Positions 59,069-64,000 of a DNA stretch of 64,000 nucleotides are shown one piece after another. Within the stretch, counting starts at the first letter, position 1. Each line of letters opens with the position of its first letter. The notes beneath the pieces are model-generated. The model made no database searches. It had not been told where the DNA came from and saw only the letters and a list, made by a program, of their open reading frames with translations. The position numbers were made by a program, and so were the translations under genes. The DNA is taken from NCBI GenBank assembly GCA_963664225.1, contig OY760937.1, positions 544,001 through 608,000 of the forward strand, written 5' to 3'. The DNA comes from Verrucomicrobiia bacterium. Lineage in GTDB: Bacteria; Verrucomicrobiota; Verrucomicrobiia; Limisphaerales; UBA1319.

Positions 59069-59664
59069 TTGATGACTTCCACGTCAGGCAATGAGGTGAT
59101 GATGTCCAGGGTGATCTTCCGGTATAACTGCTTTTCAGGCCACTGCAGAACAATGGTAAATTCGTCGCAGGTCCCGTTGGGGTAGAATCGAACCCGCGCT
59201 TCGTCCTCGTCCTTTTTTTCCAGAAAATTGACCGAAAGCATCTCGATGTTCAGCTCTTCAGGTATGCGTTTTGTAAGTGGGGATTTTGCGGATGCGGCGG
59301 GAGCCATGTCGGGTGGTGTGGTGGCAAATTCGGTGGCTGGATTCAATATTTGCGTCGGGACGGCGAGGCTGGAGATGCTGAAAGTCCGATCCTGAACATT
59401 AAAGCGCAATTCCGATGGAACCCCCTTGATGATCGCCTGTGCACGGGCTTCGCTGCAGACTTCCATCACGTCTGAGACGGCCTGGCGCATGGTGTCCTTG
59501 CTGAGCATGTTCAGGAAGGAGGGCAGACCGATGGTCATGATCATACCCATGATTCCAATGACAATCATGAGTTCAAGCAAGGTGAATGCGGATACCCCTT
59601 CGGCACGCAACCTGTCGGCGGCTGGAAGCCGTAACCGGGCTAAAACTTGGGGTGTGGTGCGCAT
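59065..59664 (-). CDS. gspH: T2SS minor pseudopilin H
   Basis: AFTLLELMIV, AR..A, RFYPNG. Confidence 0.8.
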   Translation of the reverse strand: MRTTPQVLARLRLPAADRLRAEGVSAFTLLELMIVIGIMGMIMTIGLPSFLNMLSKDTMRQAVSDVMEVCSEARAQAIIKGVPSELRFNVQDRTFSISSLAVPTQILNPATEFATTPPDMAPAASAKSPLTKRIPEELNIEMLSVNFLEKKDEDEARVRFYPNGTCDEFTIVLQWPEKQLYRKITLDIITSLPDVEVIK

Positions 59665-59680
59665 GGGCGGAGGCTATGGA

Positions 59681-60961
59681 TCACCGCACAATATTGGAGG
59701 TAATCGCAAACATGGCGGACAGCACGCTAAAGAGCAGGAAACCGACGCCAACGGCCATGACAATGATCAGGGCGGGTTCGATGAGGTTGGTCATCAGGCG
59801 CAAGGCGGTGGTCAGTTCGTTCTCATAGGTCTCGGCCACGCTTTTCAGGGCGCCGGGAACATCGCCGGTGTCTTCGCCGATTTTCACCAGGTCGATCATG
59901 AGCTGCGGGAAGATTTTGCTGCGGGCCAGGGGTTGCGCAATGGTCTTGCCGTCGGTGACATCCTCGCGGGTCTTTGCGATGGCATCACGAATGATGCGAT
60001 TGCTCATGATTTGCTCGGTGATCTTCAGGGCGTTAAGGACGGGCACGCCATTGGACAAAAGGGTGGAAAGAGTCCGGGCAAACGTGGCGTAGAGGTAGAG
60101 TCGGATGACTTTCCCGAACACCGGCGCGTTCATCTTGAAACGGTCAATGGCGTATTGGCCTTCAGTGGTGGATTGATAGCGCTTGAATAGGATCGTACCG
60201 GCCATCAGGAGCAGGATCATCAGCCACCAATAGTTGCTGAACAAATGGCTGATGCTGATGAGCAATTGCGTGGCCGGGGGCAGGGGAACCTTGAATCCCT
60301 CAAAAATCGAGAGGAATTTTGGCAGCATAAACGACATGAAAAAGATCATGATCACCACACCAACGCATGCGACAATGGCGGGATAAATCAGTGACGAGCT
60401 GAATTTGCTCTGCACTTCAGCGAATCGTTCGTAATGGGAGGCCAGGCGGCGCAATACGTCCTCGAGGGCGCCGCTTTGCTCGCCCGCGCGCACCATGTTG
60501 ATGTACATCTCCGAAAAAATATGCGGCTGCTTGGCCATCGCATCGGACAGCCCGCGGCCTTCCGTGACATCCTGTTTCAACTGGCGACTTACCGAGGGCG
60601 GCACCCCTTTGGATTCCAGATGGGTCATGCTGGTCAACGCGACCGCCAGAGGCATGCCGGAATGGAGCAGATTGGCCAATTGGAGGGTGAACGTGGCCAA
60701 CTCCTGAAGCTTGGGTTTGCGTTTGCGCTGAAGGATATCCCGAATGGCGGGCGGCAGGACAGCCATAAACCGCCCGGCTTCGCCCGGTTTGGCAGCCCTC
60801 TTTAACGCACTCACAGCGCTGCCCTTTGCGGCATCCACAGCGATCGGGAATAGTCCCAACCGCTCGATTTGATTAAGCGCCGCCCCCCGGTCGGCAACGT
60901 CCAGCGTTCCGTTGACCATTTCCCCGTTGCGCCGACGCGCTTTGTAAGCAAATTGTGGCAT
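59681..60961 (-). CDS. gspF: T2SS inner-membrane platform protein F
   Basis: F.YKA, MVRAGEQSG.L, LIYP, GVP, IGE.TG, IEP; directly upstream of the pseudopilin genes. Confidence 0.9.
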   Translation of the reverse strand: MPQFAYKARRRNGEMVNGTLDVADRGAALNQIERLGLFPIAVDAAKGSAVSALKRAAKPGEAGRFMAVLPPAIRDILQRKRKPKLQELATFTLQLANLLHSGMPLAVALTSMTHLESKGVPPSVSRQLKQDVTEGRGLSDAMAKQPHIFSEMYINMVRAGEQSGALEDVLRRLASHYERFAEVQSKFSSSLIYPAIVACVGVVIMIFFMSFMLPKFLSIFEGFKVPLPPATQLLISISHLFSNYWWLMILLLMAGTILFKRYQSTTEGQYAIDRFKMNAPVFGKVIRLYLYATFARTLSTLLSNGVPVLNALKITEQIMSNRIIRDAIAKTREDVTDGKTIAQPLARSKIFPQLMIDLVKIGEDTGDVPGALKSVAETYENELTTALRLMTNLIEPALIIVMAVGVGFLLFSVLSAMFAITSNIVR

Positions 60962-61057
60962 ACCGCTATTTGTATTCAAAACCCGCTGACATGGAAAGTT
61001 GCTAAACGGCCTGCTGCAAATTTATCATTGAGCTCGCAGACGATGCTTTAAGGCACC

Positions 61058-61909
61058 TCACAGGGGGCGGATGGCTTCCATGGAGGGTTTGGGAATTTGC
61101 AGGCCTTCATTAACGCTGCCCCGGCGGTAACCCAGAAGATCGAGGGTAACGTGTTGATAGCCGATTTTCTTCAGGGACGCCGCAATTTTTTGGGCGAGAC
61201 CATCCGCCAGTAGTCGGCTCAATTCCGATGGGCCGATCTCAATGCGGGCCAATTGTCCCAGTTTGAGTTCGTGATGGCGGACGCGCACTTCATGAAAGCC
61301 GAGGTCGCGCAGCGTGTCTTCGGCCTGTTCGATCATGCTTAGTTTGGCGGGTGTGACCTCTTCTCCGTAAGGAATGCGGGAGCTTAGGCAGGCCATCTGG
61401 GGCTTGTCCGATGTTGGCAGGCCTAATTGCGCAGAGTAGGCGCGGATTTCGTCCTTGGTGATGCCGACCTCTTTCATGGGAGCGCGGACTTGAAATTCAG
61501 CGGCGGCCTGGGCGCCGGGACGGATGTCCCCAATGTCGCTGGCATTTTCTCCATAGAAAAGAACCGCCAGTTTTTTCTCTCGCGCGATCGGGGCCAGTTC
61601 CGCGAACAAATCATGTTTGCAAAAGTAACAACGATTCTGGGGATTGGCCAGATACTCGGGGTTCGTGAATTCCTTGGAATGAACGACTTGCACTTCAAAC
61701 TGAAATTTGGCGGCCAATTCCAGCGCCTCGGCGAGTTCACGACGGGGCAGACTGGGGCTGTCCGAAATCACAGCCAGGGACTTGTCGCCCAGTGTCTGAT
61801 GGGCGACATAAGCAAGGAACACGGAATCGACACCGCCGGAGTACGCCACCAGACACGAACCGTGCGAACGGATCAATTGGCGCAACTTTTCCAGTTTATT
61901 CTCTGACAT
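61058..61909 (-). CDS. larE: ATP-dependent sulfur transferase LarE
   Basis: AYSGGVDS PP-loop, RCYFCK, ACLSSRIPYG, VRVRHH. Confidence 0.9.
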   Translation of the reverse strand: MSENKLEKLRQLIRSHGSCLVAYSGGVDSVFLAYVAHQTLGDKSLAVISDSPSLPRRELAEALELAAKFQFEVQVVHSKEFTNPEYLANPQNRCYFCKHDLFAELAPIAREKKLAVLFYGENASDIGDIRPGAQAAAEFQVRAPMKEVGITKDEIRAYSAQLGLPTSDKPQMACLSSRIPYGEEVTPAKLSMIEQAEDTLRDLGFHEVRVRHHELKLGQLARIEIGPSELSRLLADGLAQKIAASLKKIGYQHVTLDLLGYRRGSVNEGLQIPKPSMEAIRPL

Positions 61910-61969
61910 GCAGGCAATGTGCCATCGGCGCGACTGGATGTCGAGATGGAGCAACTTAAGAAATGGGCC

Positions 61970-62545
61970 TCAGGGAGCGGATTGCTCCGCTTTGCGGGCC
62001 AGTAACCACAAAATATCGCTTAAACGATTCAAGTAGATGAGGATATCCCGGTTTTCAAGCTGGCCAGCCTCCGCCAGAACGCAAACAGCACGTTCCGCCC
62101 TGCGGCACACCGTTCGTGCCAAATCCAGGGTGGCGGCCGCGATGTTGGCGCCAGGACGCACCCAGCCTTGGAAGGTTCCGGCTTCCTTCTCAAGATCATG
62201 CACACAACGGTCGAGTTTTTCAATCTGTCCGCCGCCGATCCGTCCGAATCCTCCATGAATGTACGCGGCCAGGTCGGTTTCCAGCGTGGCCAACTCCCCC
62301 ATCAGCGGGACAAGGTCTTTCTGGATCGACTCAATGACACCCTTCAAACCATCCCCGGTGCAAGACGCCCTCGCCAGGCCCAACACGCTGTTCAATTCAT
62401 CCACCACCCCGCATGCTTCGACGCGTGGGTGGCATTTCGAGACGCGGCGGTTGAACATGAGACTGGTCATTCCCGCGTCACCTGTTTTGGTGGCTATGCT
62501 CATCGGGGCAAGGGTGGATGGAGACGTTGACTCGGGCAAGGCCAT
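61970..62545 (-). CDS. pduO: ATP:cob(I)alamin adenosyltransferase (PduO type)
   Basis: TKTGDAG.T, G.VDELNS, RTVCRRAER, YLNRLSD; start may be 62503. Confidence 0.9.
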   Translation of the reverse strand: MALPESTSPSTLAPMSIATKTGDAGMTSLMFNRRVSKCHPRVEACGVVDELNSVLGLARASCTGDGLKGVIESIQKDLVPLMGELATLETDLAAYIHGGFGRIGGGQIEKLDRCVHDLEKEAGTFQGWVRPGANIAAATLDLARTVCRRAERAVCVLAEAGQLENRDILIYLNRLSDILWLLARKAEQSAP

Positions 62546-62583
62546 TTGTTAAGGTTCGAATCGCTTTTTACGATACTCTTTTT

Positions 62584-62838
62584 ATGAATGCCAAGTTGAT
62601 TCTCAAAACGGTCTTTTTAATAGTGATTTTGTTGCTGTTGGTGTTGATGGGCATGAGCAATCGCACCAGCGTTTCGTTTGCGCTGCCTCCGATTCTCACC
62701 AAAGCCATCAGCCAGCCGGCTGCCATCATGTACTTTGCGTTTTTTGCGGTGGGCGTTCTCACGGGAACGATATTAACCGCTGGAATGGGTAAAGGCGGCG
62801 GCGGCAGCCGCAGCCAGTCCTCAAAGGGTGATCGCTAG
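62584..62838 (+). CDS. Small membrane protein (LapA/DUF1049-like)
   Basis: TM helix, N..V motif, second TM helix and basic tail. Confidence 0.6.
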   Translation: MNAKLILKTVFLIVILLLLVLMGMSNRTSVSFALPPILTKAISQPAAIMYFAFFAVGVLTGTILTAGMGKGGGGSRSQSSKGDR

Positions 62839-62875
62839 ACGTCGTTCGGGGAGCATTAAAGGCAGCCACAGGCTC

Positions 62876-63718
62876 TCAGGTTTTTTTAGGGGAGGACAGG
62901 AAGACCGATTGAAGGTCGATCTTCCATGCCGGTTCGATTTCCGTGCCCAGAAACTTCGGCGCCAGGGCATTGAACCGATCCGTCTCGTCGGTTACAAAAG
63001 GCTGAATGCGTCCAGCCCGCTGCCGGTTCTGGCTTAACAAACCAAGGGATTCCAGCCGCGCCTCGAGGGATCGGGCGCAACTTTGCGCTGAATCCACCAG
63101 AGCGACATCCGGTCCCACAATTTCCCGCAGCGCGCGTTTTAGCAGGGGATAGTGCGTGCAGCCCAGCACCAGCGTATCGATGTGTTTTCGCAGCAATGGG
63201 GCCAGATATTCCTTGAGCACCGAATGGGTGACCGGATGCCGGACCCAGCCTTCTTCGACCAGCGGCACCAGCAGGGGACAGGCGCGCGCGAAGACCTGGG
63301 CCTCGCTGTTGCGAAAGAGAATGGCCCGTTCGTAGGCCTGGCTGCGGATCGTGGCTGCGGTGCCGATGATTCCGATGCGACCCGTGCGGGACTTTTCCAC
63401 AGCGGTTTCCACGCCCGGTTGGATCACCCCCAGAATTGGCATGTCAAAGCTATGTTCCAACGAAGGCAGGGCCCAGGCGGACACAGTGTTGCAAGCCACG
63501 ACAACGGCTTTGACCTGTTGCTGCTCCAGAAACTGGGTGATTTCAGTGGCAAATCGAACCACCGTAGTGGGCGATTTCGTCCCGTAAGGCACGCGGGCGG
63601 TGTCACCCAGATAAATCAATTCTTCGTGCGGCAGCAACCGGTGTATCTGTCGTACCACGGTCAAACCGCCAACGCCTGAGTCAAAAATACCGATGGGTAA
63701 TTCAGCTTTGGAATTCAT
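62876..63718 (-). CDS. murI: Glutamate racemase
   Basis: FDSGVGG, PYG, ACNT, LGCTHYP. Confidence 0.96.
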   Translation of the reverse strand: MNSKAELPIGIFDSGVGGLTVVRQIHRLLPHEELIYLGDTARVPYGTKSPTTVVRFATEITQFLEQQQVKAVVVACNTVSAWALPSLEHSFDMPILGVIQPGVETAVEKSRTGRIGIIGTAATIRSQAYERAILFRNSEAQVFARACPLLVPLVEEGWVRHPVTHSVLKEYLAPLLRKHIDTLVLGCTHYPLLKRALREIVGPDVALVDSAQSCARSLEARLESLGLLSQNRQRAGRIQPFVTDETDRFNALAPKFLGTEIEPAWKIDLQSVFLSSPKKT

Positions 63719-63772
63719 CTCTTAAAACCATTCATATCCCCGGCAGCCTGCAATGGGAATCAACGATCGCGC

Positions 63773-64000
63773 TCACCGCTGCCGGGCGCTTTGGTAGGCC
63801 TGGACGCCTTCGAGTATGGCCTGGGCCTGTTTTTGACGGAATGCATCACTGCAGATTCTTCTGAGCTCGCCTGGGTCGGACATGAAGCCGGCTTCGATCA
63901 GAATCGCCGGAACGGTCGCAGTGCGGAGAACGGCCCAACGGGCGCGCCGCACGCCGCGGTCCTCCGCGGCGAGTTTCTTGATAAAGGATTTTTGCATGTA
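63773..64000 (-). CDS. N-acetylmuramoyl-L-alanine amidase (Amidase_3), 3' fragment
   Basis: DRGVRRA...VLR....PAILIEAGFMS; runs off the window edge. Confidence 0.85.
   Translation of the reverse strand, partial: YMQKSFIKKLAAEDRGVRRARWAVLRTATVPAILIEAGFMSDPGELRRICSDAFRQKQAQAILEGVQAYQSARQR

Overview
Gene-dense bacterial chromosome segment with about 56 CDS. It most likely comes from a Verrucomicrobiota subdivision 3 organism (Limisphaerales/Pedosphaera-like); this is inferred from gene content and the style of the secreted proteins, not from a marker gene. Housekeeping content: purU, cysK, an N-terminally truncated rho followed by a WYL regulator, a core-only MetE-like enzyme, ubiX, a divergent sahR / metK-ahcY SAM-cycle locus, menG/ubiE, leuD, clpS-DUF2017, rpoN, korAB, gspFHIJK, larE, pduO, murI and a partial amidase. 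Accessory blocks: (i) a glycan-modification cluster at 19.2-26.1 kb (decayed FkbM gene, GT2, DUF362, epimerase, CapK-like ligase, GT4); (ii) an AraC/ADH/cupin/AKR block at 29-34 kb containing a fossil ADH tail that records an old insertion or replacement; (iii) secreted carbohydrate-active proteins at 34-45 kb. The best candidates for undescribed biology are a ~70-aa C-terminal '...W...RFYR' domain shared by two unrelated secreted proteins (possible lineage-specific export or anchoring signal), a triplicated ~190-aa domain I cannot name next to a GH87-like glucanase, and the short-Rho + WYL pair with a structured leader. I found no tRNA, rRNA, CRISPR array, integrase or transposase. All product calls come from motif recognition by eye; no database searches were run.
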